Shown: positions 51,201-64,000 of the stretch, piece after piece
Position numbering within the stretch: the stretch's first letter is position 1
How the letters are laid out: each line of letters starts with the position of its first letter
DNA from: Sphyrna mokarran
Taxonomy: Eukaryota
Direction: 5' to 3'
Assembly: GCA_024679065.1 (NCBI GenBank)
Contig: JAGIQG010000008.1
Location: forward strand, 79,918,001 to 79,982,000
Length of the DNA: 64,000 nt
Position numbers and translations under genes: made by a program
Notes under the pieces: generated by a model
Database searches by the model: none
What the model was told of the DNA's origin: nothing
What the model saw: the letters and a program-made list of their open reading frames with translations, nothing else

Positions 51201-54200
51201 TAGATTATCCTGGATGGCAATTGGCCCAGTACTATACATCTCCTACAGCAAGCAACCACAGATAAAATGTCTGCCATACAGAAATGTCTTCTATTTCCTC
51301 ATAATGCCTGAAAGATAGTTTGTCATTGGCAACACAGTGTCCCTCACTCCTCTCCATCTTCATGTGTTGCACATCCACTTCATCATGCTAATGCCTTAAT
51401 GCCTTCAAATCAGTGAGGTCACAAAATTCATGGTATTACCATGAATCATTTCATTACACTGAGGGGTTAAACAGTGAACAGAACATTCCCAGATTCATCT
51501 AAGTGAACGCCAAAGTGAAATTACTGAAACGGCAGAGTCCCAGTCTTGCTCCTGTAGGGTTTTGCCTGAGTGGCTGAAGTAGAAGTGGAGGTGAGCTGAT
51601 CATTTCTCTCCATATACAACCAAGATGCCCATAGCAAACATCCTTGGTATCTTGGTGCCAATGGGAACACCAGCATAAGCTGTGATGTTTGTGAGGATAC
51701 AGGGTGGTCTCAGTCACAGGAATAGTCCTGTTCACAGGAGCTTGTTATATAGATGGTTCCTGGTCAGACTGGCCAAGGGATTGGATGATAATGAAGGTGC
51801 CTGTGAAAGGTGGCCCTCTCAACCTCATCTTTGACTACTCAGACCTTTCATAGTGCACATGAACTTCAGAGGGAACCAGCAAGTGGGCATATCTGATTGC
51901 CCATCAATAAACTATCATTGTAACTGACAAGTCAGTACTGTTGAATATGACAAGCATTCTGTATATGTCATTGGGATGTTCCTTCATCTACTCAGTGCAA
52001 TGACCTGGTTGGCTGTCCAAATGGTTGGCCATTCTCTCAGTGGAAGAGTTCATGCATTCAAATGCCTGCAGAACACATCCGATGACTGGATTGTTTCATT
52101 CTCTGCATCACATCAGAGAATTCAAACATTTGGACTACAGCTTTACTGTTTCTGCTCTTGAAAGGTCCACTTTGTATGTGAGCTCTCCCGACGCTCTGCA
52201 TCTCCACTCAGCTGCCCATGGCTGTGTCTGTTCTCCATCCTCTAAGTGAGACTGTCCACATCAGCTTTTGCCTCCACCACCTCTTGGTCATAAATTAAGT
52301 GCTTCCCATGGAAATGGTTACACATTTCTCCCTCTCTTCAATGGGACACCCATCTCACCCTCATTAACTTCCTGTTACCTTATCAAGAGCTTCTTCTTCA
52401 TGATTGTGAATACACCAAGATTTACCATTCCATCACTGGAGTGAGTCTTACCTCACACTTTGTGTTTTCTTTCCCTGAAAGTAAAGAGTGAGAGTGTTAA
52501 GACCATGGTGTCCCCTGTCACCCCATCCAGCAGCTCGCTGACATATGACATCCATGGCTCCAGCATCAGCTTGTGGTGTGGATGTTGTCCATGGCTCAGG
52601 AGTGCACCAGAATGCACACATCCTCACTGTCCCTGAGCCTTATGTGCCCTCAGGCTGCTTTGCTCATAGGTACAAAAGCAAAATGTTGCAAATGCTGGAA
52701 ATCTGAAATTAAAACAAATAATGCTGGAATAAAACATCAGTCTTGCATGGGTGAATGCTACGCTGCTGCTTCACTGTGTTTCAGTCTCTGCTATTGTCCA
52801 GGATACCATCTTTCACAATCATGGCTATCAGAAATCCTTTAGCTTCCACGACCATTTGCCACACGTTCAATGCATTGACACAACTGGCAATTAATTGACC
52901 ATTTCCTTCAAGGTACTATCAGATATCTGGCAGTGTTGGCAAGTGGCATCAGGATTTGGAATGGTCTTGATGTCGAAGTTCCTGTAGTGAAAAGGATGAA
53001 TGTAAATTGACAACCTACACTAGTGAGGCAAAATCACATGACAGAGTATTCTGAGAGATAGTTCTTTGCGAAACCTCATGTAAAACATTAAACTATACAC
53101 AGTAACAAGAATGTTTAAGAAATAGAAAGGTTACTTAATAGCCTTGCCTCCAGCTAATTCTCTTGATCCTAACTAAGAAAAACCTATGCTAAGACCCACA
53201 AGAAGGTAAGAATCCCGACCCTGGAATGAAGACTCAACCAGAGTGTCCACAACAAATTGAAACAATTGGCATGTCATATCTTCCCAGGAGTCCAAGACAC
53301 TCAAGTCCCCATCTTGAGATGCCTCACTTTGCTCCTTTAAAACCTTAGCTTCACCCAATAGTTGCACCTATATTACTTCATCTTCTCTTCAAAACTTAGT
53401 CATTTGATCATTTCCTGCACAAAAATCCTTCAACTTTGTTTTGAAAATGCATTTGAATTCTCAGATTTCAGTGCAACTCCCACCAGAGGATGGATTGCAC
53501 CTGTGTTCACTGTAACTGTAATTAACTTTCATTCAGTGTACAACAAAAGCACTTTGTTACCAGTGTCATTGAAGCCTTTCAAGCCTGAGTCAAGGCACAG
53601 GCGCTCTTCAATACATTACAGCTTAGATTAATAGTGTCTCTTTCATCTCTGAACAAACTGTGGAGTAGCAGTCAGATTAATTAGATCAGGGCAGTGTGTA
53701 CTGGAAGGTGTAGGAGTGTGTGCATTTATAGGGGAGACAGCTCTAACCTCCATTCACTCAACCAATTAGTTATAAACCATTGAAGAGAATGATTCAAGAA
53801 TGTAAATCCTGGATTTGCCTGATTTCCAACAGCAAGGAGGGTAAGTACACAACAGTCATGGCCTCCCAAAATTCAAATCACCATAATATATAGAGCCCCA
53901 AGGGCCGTAATGTGTTGTGATAGTTATGTTATAGGATTTGTAAATCCAAAGGATTAGAGATTGTTCCATGATGTATAAAGTAGTTATTGCCCTAATCTTT
54001 ATTTACATTTGACCATGAGTATGATAAGCCAGTGTGCAAAGACATTTATCTAAATATCCCTCTTTTCATAAAAGTAAATAAATTGCATGTATTATCACTT
54101 GCAAGTTACTTTGCATAACTTCATTAAGAAAATTATCATATATAAACAAAAAAATTGTTTGTTCTTTCTAATATGTTCCAATTTTTTTTGTCTCCACACA

Positions 54201-54279
54201 CACATTGCACACATATGTTCAGGTTTTTTATGATACATGTATGAGTTGTTGTTGGCCATTCATCTGTATGTGCTAGTTC

Positions 54280-55030
54280 CTGGGATGATATTGCTTCTTT
54301 ATTGTTGCCGTTATGAGTGTTGTTGTTGCAGTAATCATTGCTGCTAATCTATTGCCTTTGTTGGGGAACAGTTGATCTCTGGGACTGACGGCCATTCAGT
54401 TCCTTGCTTAGGTGATGAAATAAAGTCTGCCTCATCAGTGGGTCTGTTGTGAAGGAGCTGCTTCTCCGGTTGAGTGTAAATGTCTACAGTTGCAACATTC
54501 AATCTGGTCATCCACTTTGTCGTCATATAAGTAAGATGACAATTTCTCTACGCAGGTCCCAAGTTGCCACGTGAGCTGACTTTTGTTGAATGTGTTGAAT
54601 GTCTGCTCTTTAACTCATTTCTGGCAATGATTTGGTAACATTATAAAAATGAAATTTAGTTTTCTGTTACTTCACTTTGATCTTGTCACTCACTCTCATG
54701 ATCATTTTTTGCTTCAGTAGGCTTGTAGCTAGTGGAAAAGTAGTCTAGGTGCAGTAAGATATTAATAGGTGAATTGCTATGCCTTCAATAAGTGTATTTC
54801 TCCACTCTAACATTGTCTTGTATACTCCTGTAATGAATCTTGATTTTTAATGACCCCTTTGGCAATTTTCACCATTGCTTTAGCCTTTCTATTGACTCAG
54901 GATAGCGTGGAGATGATGTGTAATGATGAATTTCTCAATCATTCATGGTGCCTGAATTCTTCATTTGTGAAATGAGGCCCATTGTCGCTCATCACAATCT
55001 TGAGAATGTGATGATAAGTGAAAGGCTGCC
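54280..55030 (-). mobile_element. Gypsy-type LTR retrotransposon integrase remnant
   Basis: IVMSDNGPHFTNEEF (~54955-55000) and TSSPRYPES (~54895-54920). The left boundary is uncertain. Confidence 0.75.
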
Positions 55031-56074
55031 CCTTACAGATCAGGGCTGGCCCATTTAAAATGGAACCCCCCCCCCCAACCTTTCTTCCTAACTCCTTGAA
55101 GCCTTAAGCCCACCAATATCCTCGTGGCTGTCTGACCCCCTTCCCCCTCCCTTGCCCAAATTGCCAGCTTTGAGGATTAATGGGCCTTCTTGCTCCCTTT
55201 ACTGTAGCCCTGAAAGCAGCTACTAACACACTTTTGGTGCTGCTGGGACTGATTGATTGGACAATTGGATTGGCCAGCAGTTCCAGAGGGTTTGGACTTT
55301 ATCCCTGGTGAACAGCAGAGAGTCCTCAGTGGCTCTTTTTAAGCCCACCTGCAGCACGTAATGGCTGCAGTGTGGGCTGGAATGAAGCTGGTCAGCTCCA
55401 GACCAACTTTGCTTCCGGGCATTGAGCCATTCGCTCCCCAGTTGTATTCAGCCCCTACTCTTTTGTCCTTTCCCTCCTTCACTGCTTCTGCTTAAAACCT
55501 GTAACAAATGTAAAACTGCAATTCTGACGAAGACACACTAACCTGAAACATTAACATGGTTTCTCTTCCCTCAGATTCCTCCTGACGTATTTCCAGCATT
55601 TTTGTTAATATTTTAGTGGTCTAGATTTGGACTAACATTCCAGGGAATGTTAATTCAAATTCCATCATGACATCATTTGAATTTAGTTTAAAAACCTGGG
55701 AATAAAAAGTTGTCTTCGGCAGAAGTGACCATGAAGGTTTATCATAAAACTCTAACCAATTAAATCTCATGAAAAAGGAAACCTATCATTCTTACCCAGA
55801 CTGACCTGCATGCGACTCAAGTCCCACACGAACGTTGTTGATGCTTAACTGCCCACTGAATGCCCTATCAAGTCATTCATTTGGCAGCTAGGGATGGACA
55901 ATAATTACCAGCCTTGCTAATGATGCTCACACCATGAGAATGAGTTATTTCAAAACATGAATTTCCTCTCAGAAAGTGATTGATTCTCAATTGTTCTTAC
56001 CAGTTCTCCCCTTTCATACATGCAAATTGATATTCTACATTAATCAGATTTTTCTTCCATTCCTTGTTATTATT

Positions 56075-56415
56075 ATAGAATCATAGAACCTTACAGTACA
56101 GAAAGAGACCTTAGGCTCATTGAGTCTTCACCGAACACAATCCCACCCAGGCCCTATCCCCATATTCCTACATATTATACCCATTAATCCCTCTAACCTA
56201 TGCATCTCTGGACACTAAGGGCCAATTTCTTAGCATGGCCAATCAACCTAACCTGCACATCTTTGGACTGTGAGACAAAACCAGAGTACCCAGAGGAAAC
56301 CCACGCAGACACGAGGAAAATGTACAAATTCCACACAGACAGTGACCCGTGCCAGGAATCGAACCCAAGACCTTGGAACTGTGAAGCAGCATTCTAACCA
56401 CTGTGCTACTGTACC
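56075..56415 (-). mobile_element. Full-length HE1/V-SINE-type SINE
   Basis: Reverse strand has a GGTTCGATTCC B-box, the V-domain and a TTCTATGATTCTAT tail. Confidence 0.92.
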
Positions 56416-56859
56416 AATTGTTATCGGCAATAACTATCTCATTTTTCTCCATAGTAATTTTCAAAGTTTAAGATCTGCCTGTTGTGCTATATTTGCTGCC
56501 ACATTACTATCCTCATTATTATCAAGCCAAATCATTACCTAGAAAGAAATCTGTTCTTCCAATAGATAATTTAGGAACCATTCCAACCATAACCATTCTG
56601 TTCACTTCTTAAATTAGCTTTATACAAAGAAACAGGTTCATCCCTTCCATTAATACACCTCACCAATACTATTTTCTTTATAAAACTTTCTGGAATACCA
56701 ATTGCATTATCAATCATCATCAATGATTGGTATGCTCATGTATCTCTCAAAATTTTGATTTGTTTACTTATTTTGTTAGACCAATAAAGGAAAGTTCCTT
56801 CCTCAGAAACAAAACATCCAGAACCAGCAATAGCTTCTTCTTTACTCCTTGGTTTCTAG

Positions 56860-58510
56860 AAGTAACCTTTTCTTTAGCTTCTATGGAGTGTGACTTCAAA
56901 AGTTGTGGAGTTGGATGCAATAGTGTGAATGAGAGCAAAAGGACAAATGCTATGGTCCTGCTGGCAACCAGGAGGTCTTCAAAGACCATCCTCAGAAGGA
57001 AATGGGAAAAGGTAACCAGGATGGTTAATTCCCAGAGACTGAATCTAAGGACCTGACAGCAGTGCAATAAGAGGTCTAATGATATTGTATGTGTGGTCAA
57101 CATTCATGAGTATATTTTAACATGAGATCTCCTGCAACACCAGTCTCTCAAAATGCTGAGTGCACCACATTACTCACCCAGTGGTTTCTTTGGCATTTAG
57201 GGCTCACATCTAACATCTAGATTCTCAAATGGCACTCCACACGGTCCAGTGCTTCCAGTCTCACAGACCCCACAAATCTCCAGCTATTCAGCTATGACAA
57301 ATAGGTCATTACATTTCACAGACATTCTGCAAGACAGGATACTACATAATAAAAGGGAGCAGAACAGCGCTGGTGAGGACAAGAACTCCTCAATCTTCTG
57401 AACTCAATAAAGATAGTGGCTGTCTGGAGATGACTGCGACAGAGCCCCAGAACCCAGTGTTGCTGAGAACATTGAGGGTGACAATATATTCCTGTCATAT
57501 TTCCTTTCTTAGCTCCCAGTACACCCTCATCTGACATGATGTGAAGCAGCAGATGATGTGGCCATGGACCCTTGCTTCCCATCTCAACCCATCCACCAAT
57601 CTTCCCCTTTTGAGTTTTAGATGCCAAGAACTGTCACCACCTAACCTGATCTGACACTCATGTCCATTTATTCACACACTGGTACTGTACTTATGTCAGA
57701 AACTAATAGAGTTGAAGTCAGCAAACGGTGAATGGTCTGGGTAAGAATGGTTTATTTGCCAGCTCAGAGAGCAAAGTGGCAGCTGAGTACTGTTGCAAAG
57801 GAATTTGCTTCATTTTTTAATGGGGCAGCATAAAGGAGATTGCGGAATGTACATGTACAGATGATGGGTACACTGACTGACCTGTCAGGAAGCCTCCTCT
57901 CACTGTTAAGGAGCATGAAGGATTTCACCTCCTACTTGATAGAGCATGAAGCAGAGTAGCTCTCTTGGAAGCCTCTGCTCCATCTCCTAATAATATTAAA
58001 ATCTCAGAGGCACTGGCACCATTGCCCCCATATCGGTTTCAGTCTTTGTGTGCACAGGTCATCTACTCCTCTCCTGAGATTGCAGCAATACTGTCTAGCA
58101 AATATTCATCACGACATCCCCACTGATTCCATGAAAACACTCCAGAGCACTTCCAGACACTTTGCATTTAAAAACCTGCAATCAGTAGTCCTCACTCATA
58201 TCCTTTAAATAACATCACTACAGAGCCCACATTGCTGCTTCATGCTTAGTTTTTTGACTAGACAACACATTCATTGCCTGGATCTGCATTGTCCCAGCTT
58301 AGGAACATGGCTGATTTAACTGTTTGGCGTCATGATAGCAACAAATCAGGTTCCAATGAACACAGACTATGCACATATATGTGCCCAGATGCTCAAAGAG
58401 CTCTAGGTTTGTTGCACAGTTGACTGTCATTGTCTGGCCCCTGGGAAATCTAGATAAGCCTTCATAATCCCACTGGAGCAATACAACACATAGGAAATTT
58501 CTGCCCCACA
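56860..58510 (+). mobile_element. Harbinger element remnant with Myb/SANT-like ORF
   Basis: RRKWEKVTRMVNSQRLNLRT*QQCNKRSND (~56995-57085) fits W..VA..VN.....RT..QC.KK..D. A weak opposite-strand transposase trace (GLSRFPRGQ) lies at ~58430-58460. Confidence 0.6.
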
Positions 58511-58585
58511 GATTTCTACAGTTTAATTCTTGTTCAGTCAGGAAACTTGGGCATCGTAGGCTAAACACGAAGCACTTATGATTAT

Positions 58586-58806
58586 TGTAATAAATTGGAA
58601 ATATGGTTTATTAATTAATATATGCACAAGATAAGGGTCTGAGAAAATTAATACACAAGTCTACTCTCTTGTCCTCTCTGGCTTCAACTAAAATTCCTCT
58701 CCGTTCCAGGACAAGTGCCCTTGCTCCCAATTGGTGTTGCTATAGTGTCCTGCCCAATCATATGATCTGCAAAGTATCATTCCCTTAAAGGAGGCACATT
58801 ACCACA
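58586..58806 (-). mobile_element. Possible solo LTR
   Basis: TG...CA termini, AATAAA near the minus-strand 3' end, flanks ATTAT/ATTGT (4/5 match, candidate TSD). Confidence 0.45.
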
Positions 58807-60692
58807 ATTGTAAATCTTTTATCTGTAAAAAAATTGTGACAGCCCCATAAGCTGGCTTACTTTTATGCTCCATACAAGTAGATTGTTTGTGTTATTTCTC
58901 AAGGAAATATATAGTATTATAACAATAATGTAATACACAGTGTCTTATTATTGGATCATTTATACATGATGACTAAGTCAGTCCATTTTTGTTTTCTAGT
59001 ACATAATATTAAAGGATTATTACATGTTTCAAGGATCAAATGCTATGATTGCCTTTTCTCCGAAAACAATAAATGAGAATGATTTTTAGGTTTTCCTTCA
59101 CTTCACTTTTACCTCATTGTATAGAAACTCAAATGACAAAGAATAATAGATAATATGTAACAGAATCAAGTTGGTATTTGTGGTTTAATGTAGTGAAGAG
59201 GAGTGGGTTGTGGGGTTTAGGAGGAGTTAGATGCAATGGAAGCGACAGATTTGTATGTGTATCCACTTATCAGTTGATTGATTTTTGGTTTCAAGAAACA
59301 CCTAGGGTTAATATTAATTTAATTTGACTTCTTATGTAGGATATAAGAATGTATACCTCATGGTTTGTTAGATTAAAATCACTTAATTTGCACCTGAGTT
59401 TTGATTCCTGTCAAACAAAGTGAATTTTTATGTACTAATATTTATTGAATGCAGAATAATGGCAATCTGTTGACTGTTGGATTAGTACAGCTAAAATTTA
59501 ATCAAGTATTTGTATTGCTTTAAAGTACTGCTCTATAGTTATGAGTGCACTCATTACTTTCATTGCGACAGATCTTCGGAAGATTTTCATGAATCAAAAA
59601 AATCACACCATCCTGAGGTGATGCACTTGATTTATACCATGTCTGGGGCTTGCCGGAGTGTCAGGGTCACTACATCTTTGCACCCTCTGTTAAAGAACAG
59701 TTTTCTATCTGGAAATTTCTCTTGGAACTGTGAACACTGAGATCAGCAGTCTATGTCCTGCAGGTAGCCTGTGTTATCACAACACTTCCATATATAAAGA
59801 GCAAACACCCAATTCGAAAGGTCAATGTGGATAACACAGAATAAGTCTCTTTATGACTTTATATATATCAAGCAGAGTAAGAACATTTGTAAACTACAAT
59901 AAATAGACCTTTAAATTGAATACTTCTCAATTAGCTATTCACTGTTAGACAAACTATCCATTCGCCAATAGCCTCAAACAAAAATAGACAATGCTGGAAA
60001 ATCTCAGCAGGTCTGACAGCATGTGTGATGAAAGAATAGAGCCAACATTTCGAGTCAGAATGATTCAGAGCCCATAGCATCAGTTGGATGGGGAACCCAT
60101 CAAAGACAAGGTAAGTTACTTGAGACACAGAGCTCAAGAAAGTCAGAGAATATAGCTATGGGAATGGAACTGAATGTATCTGAAGGCAACTTAACAACTG
60201 TTAATTTCTGACGGTAGAGTAAATGGATGATGTAATCCTGCCATGAAACAAACAATGTCAACAGAATTCTTTACAGCCTCTCCAAAGACTTACACCAGAT
60301 GGCTAGATAGCAGTCCTATCCCCGCTATGCTTTGTGCTAACATCTATGATTCCATCTCAACTGTCTCAGGAAACTCACAATTGCATCTACTTCACATGTT
60401 ACAGTCCATCTACCCCTGCAGCCTTCATCCATATCTTTATCACTTTGCCTATTCCAAAGTTCATCTGGCTTCCTATTCATCACCCTCTGTAAAAATCAGC
60501 TGCTCATTTCCTGCTCACAGCAATTACTGTGCACTCCATCATGACCCCTCTCCTCACTACAACCAACTAACTTGCCCTAGTCCACCAACTCTAACTTCAA
60601 GTTCTATTTAAGTTCCTTTTTTAAGCTCTTCAGTTCTACAACATCACTCAGACACTCCGTACCAAAAACTATAGTCTTTTCCCATTTCCCTA

Positions 60693-61145
60693 TCTCCAGG
60701 ATGTTGCCCAGAATGGAGGTATTAGATATGAGGAGATATTGAATAAACTGGGATTGTTCTCCCTGGAAAGACAGAGGCTGAGGGGTGACCTGATAGAAGT
60801 TTACAAAATTATGAGAGGTATAGAAAGCGTGAATAGTTGGAAGCTTTTTCCCAGGGCAGAAATGACAATTACAAGAGGGCACAAGTTCAAGATGGGGGCG
60901 GGGGGGAAAGGTTCAGTGGAAATATGCGAAGGAAGTATTTTTTTACACAGTGGGTAGTGGGAGATTGGAATGCACTGCTAAGTGAGGTAGTTACATTAGC
61001 CACATTTAAGATTTATCCTCATGGACATATGAACAAACGGGGAATAGAGGAATATAAGTGGTTAGTTAGATAGGTAAATGTGATTGGCGCAGGCATGGAA
61101 GGGCAAAGGGCTTGGACTTGTTCCTGTGCTGTACTGTTCTTTGTT
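60693..61145 (+). mobile_element. CR1/HER1 LINE 3' end with short 3'UTR
   Basis: NKLGLFSLERQRLRGDLIEVYKIMRG, TRGHKFK, FFTQWVVGDWNAL; tail CCTGTGCTGTACTGTTCTTTGTT. Confidence 0.92.
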
Positions 61146-62035
61146 GTTTTTGCCTACCAGTTGCTATAGTGTCTTTAGCTAATGAGGTCCACAGTCTGGA
61201 CTTTTCCCTTTGAAACCATTCGGACTCCCAGCTCTCTCTCATTCTTTTAATAGCCATAGGTGGAATTTTTAATTCTGGGACCAAGTCCAATGGGAGAGGC
61301 AGACTTCCACATTGGTCCAGACATAATCTGGACCAGTTTATGTTCCTGCTGGCGGCGTGGACAGTCAATGGGGTTAGACAATTCACATTGTCCTCTGGTG
61401 AAAACATGACCTATCATGGCAAGTAAGAGCAGAAGATCTCACCATCATTTTTACGCTGGCAGAAAACTTATTTTACAACTGTCACATTGTCCCCCTCATC
61501 CAGTATTAAACCCACCACGGAGGGAATGGAAAAGTCTGTCTCATGTCTTTGAGGATGCACGAGAGCACTCTTGCTAATATTTCCTTTTCTATTTTCTTTC
61601 TTTAAGCTTTTGTGAAGTGTCCTGGGCTGTTTTTCTACATTAAAGACATTGTATAAGTTGGTTGTTGTTGTCCATGAGCCTAGTCACCAGCATTAGTAAA
61701 ATTATCACTCTCCCTGGTATCTTGGCACGGACTGTAGACAGGCATCTGTTTTAGTTTCAGTTTCAGTTTCTGTTCTAGGCAGCCCAGAGAACCTGTTAGA
61801 GTGCAAATCATGTCTTTTCTTTTGTTTAAAACCCACAAGAATAGGAACAACAGGTATCATCTGTTACCCAGCCCTCACCCTGTTCCTCCTGGTGTTAGAA
61901 TATGAGAAATGGGATCGGTGAAGCATTAAAGCATCATGCCAGCTACAGCATACAGTGAATTCACATGCAGAAAGCTGTGTCTGGCCTGGATATTGAGAAA
62001 ATGAAAGCATTTACAGTTGATGTAAGCATGTAAGT

Positions 62036-63291
62036 CAATCCTGATAAATGTGAGGTGATGCATTTCAGGAGAAAAAATGTAGGGGGGAGGTATATGATAA
62101 AGGGTAGACCTATTAAGAGTATAGAAACACAGATGGACCTGGGGGTGCAGGTGAACAAGTCTCTGAAGGTGGCAGAGCAAGTGGAGAAGGCTGTGAAGAA
62201 AGCATATAGTATGCTAGCCTTTATAGGAAGGGGTATAGAGTACAAGAGCTGGCCTTCAATGTTGCAGTTGTATAAAACGTTGGTTAGACTTCATTTGGAA
62301 TACTGCGTCCAGTTCTGGTCGCCTTACTACCGGAAGGACGTGGAGACTCTGGAGAGAGTGCAGAGGAAGTTTACCAGGATGCTGCCTGGTATGGAAGGTC
62401 TGAGTTACGAGGAGAGATTAGGCAAATTGGGACTGTTTTCCTTAGAAAGACGTAGACTTAGAGGAGATCTGATAGAGGTGTACAAGATTTTGAAGGGATA
62501 GATAGAGTAAACAGGGCTAAGCTTTTTCCTAGGATGGACTCGAATAGCACGAGGGGTCACGGGCTTAGGGTGAGGGGGGTAAGGTATAATTTGGATGCTA
62601 GAGGGAGTTTTTTTCACACAGAGGGTGGTGGGGGTATGGAATGCGCTGCCAAGTAAAGTGGTGGAGGCAGGTAGTCTGGAGTTATTTAAGAAATACTTAG
62701 ATGGGCACATGAACAGAATGGGAATGGAGGAGTATAGAAAACTGATTTAAAATAGGGATCATGAGCTTTGGGAGTCCCTGGAAAGTGTGTAAATAGATGA
62801 TGATATTGATGTACTTGTTTTTATCCTACAGGTGCTTTGGTCCACCTTGTTGTTTAACGAGGGGCATACACGCGATGGGTCGTGAGAGGGCTGCTCTTGG
62901 ATTTTTTTCAAGAGTATCCTAGTGCTTCACATCGTTAGTGTACGCTTGACCTGGACCATTTGATGGGCAACACGACAGTGCAGTGACTATCGCTGTGCTG
63001 TGCAGATACATGGATTTGGGCCTGTGTCTGTGGGAGTTTGCGCATTCTCCCCGTGCGTGCGTGGGTTTTCTCCGGGTGCTCCGGTTTCCTCCCACATCCC
63101 AAAGATGTGCTCTTAGGCTAATTGGCAAAACAATTTCTCCCTAAATTGTCTCAAATTTGGTTTTTAATCCATAGATCTATAAACATGGACAGGGATCGCG
63201 TGTAGAAGTGGGAACATCGAGGTGGCAGCATGGGCTCGTTGGGCCGAAGGGCCTGTTTCCCGTGCTGTTTTGTTCTTTGTTCTTTGTTCTT
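62036..63291 (+). mobile_element. Young 5'-truncated CR1 LINE with a long 3'UTR containing a V-SINE core
   Basis: 148-aa open CR1 ORF2 segment (LYKTLVRLHLEYCVQFWSP) continuing through two single-base indels to TAA at 62748-62750. V-domain at ~63020-63125, (GTTCTTT)n tail, TGTAAGT at both flanks. Confidence 0.9.
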
Positions 63292-64000
63292 TGTAAGTAC
63301 ATATTAAGGTCATGCAATGATACATGGGGTGCAATCGATGTCCTTCAATCCTGGGGACGCTGTTGATTGCATATCATTGGTCCAGATTTTATGGGAACAT
63401 GGCCTGGTGTACATTTTCCTCCACCCTTCAACTCAAAAATGTTTTGTCCTATTAATTACTGGGAGTGTAGACTGATAATAGAGTGACATGGGCAACAGGG
63501 CATCTGGGATTTTCTTCAACCCATGACGTTTAAGGTTCAAGAAAGTAACAATGGAATGATGGAGAAAGAAATATGGTGAATTAAAGCCAAATCAGATACA
63601 GAAAGTGAGGGAGAAAGATTGGATTAAAGAAAGGAAAACAAAAGTCACAAAGGAAAAAAAAACTTGAATAAAAATTTGCTACTTGTATTAATGACACTCC
63701 ACATTTGAGATTGTTGGCTTTCCAGACTGCAGAGATTGAATGGCATTGTAGGAACATAACTCTCCTGATTGTCTGTATGAAGTTTAAAGTGACATGGCAT
63801 CAGAGAAAAGGTTTGTTTACAAAATTGATGTTTAAGAAATAGGAGAGAGAAAGCAGCAAGTTGCTCAGTTGTAGATGGTTGATTTTTGGATTGGAGGGTA
63901 GTAGCCAATGGGGATGCCCAAAGTCAATATCAAAGGATTACCATTCCTTTCATTGTACATAAATGGCTTTGATTTTGGAATTTGGCATAAAATATCAGAA

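Noticed and set aside
51191-51215. CTGATGA-AGG...CCT as another hammerhead
   Set aside because: Followed by GGAT rather than GAAA and lacks the family flanks; other isolated CTGATGA hits (~20063, 32863, 33411, 41074, 47454) fail likewise.

Overview
Eukaryotic (vertebrate) DNA. The repeat content (HE1/V-SINE-type SINEs, HER1/CR1 LINEs, Penelope-type terminal repeats) points to a cartilaginous fish, probably a shark. The one host gene I can support is tryptophan hydroxylase 1 (TPH1) on the minus strand: five coding exons (25814-25725, 15882-15736, 13018-12835, 5596-5496, 4075-4008), all GT-AG and phase-compatible, giving 196 codons plus 2 nt. The gene continues past the left edge through an intron holding a 24-26 bp satellite array. 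A candidate TATA promoter lies near 26.44 kb, followed by a ~600 nt purine-rich repeat leader with no upstream ATG. From ~27 kb to 64 kb I found no host exon, only decayed CR1, L2, RTE, Rex1, Gypsy, Harbinger and Penelope-like remnants and SINEs. The most unusual items are: (i) a ~325 bp A-tailed element headed by the first 38 nt of U2 snRNA, with internal U2 fragments and an octamer; (ii) a young CR1 whose long 3'UTR carries a V-SINE core, with the whole unit flanked by a 7 bp direct repeat; (iii) two families of repeats carrying decayed minimal hammerhead ribozyme cores; (iv) a TPH2-like N-terminal extension on TPH1. Family names come from my recall of consensus motifs, not from database searches, and repeat boundaries are approximate.
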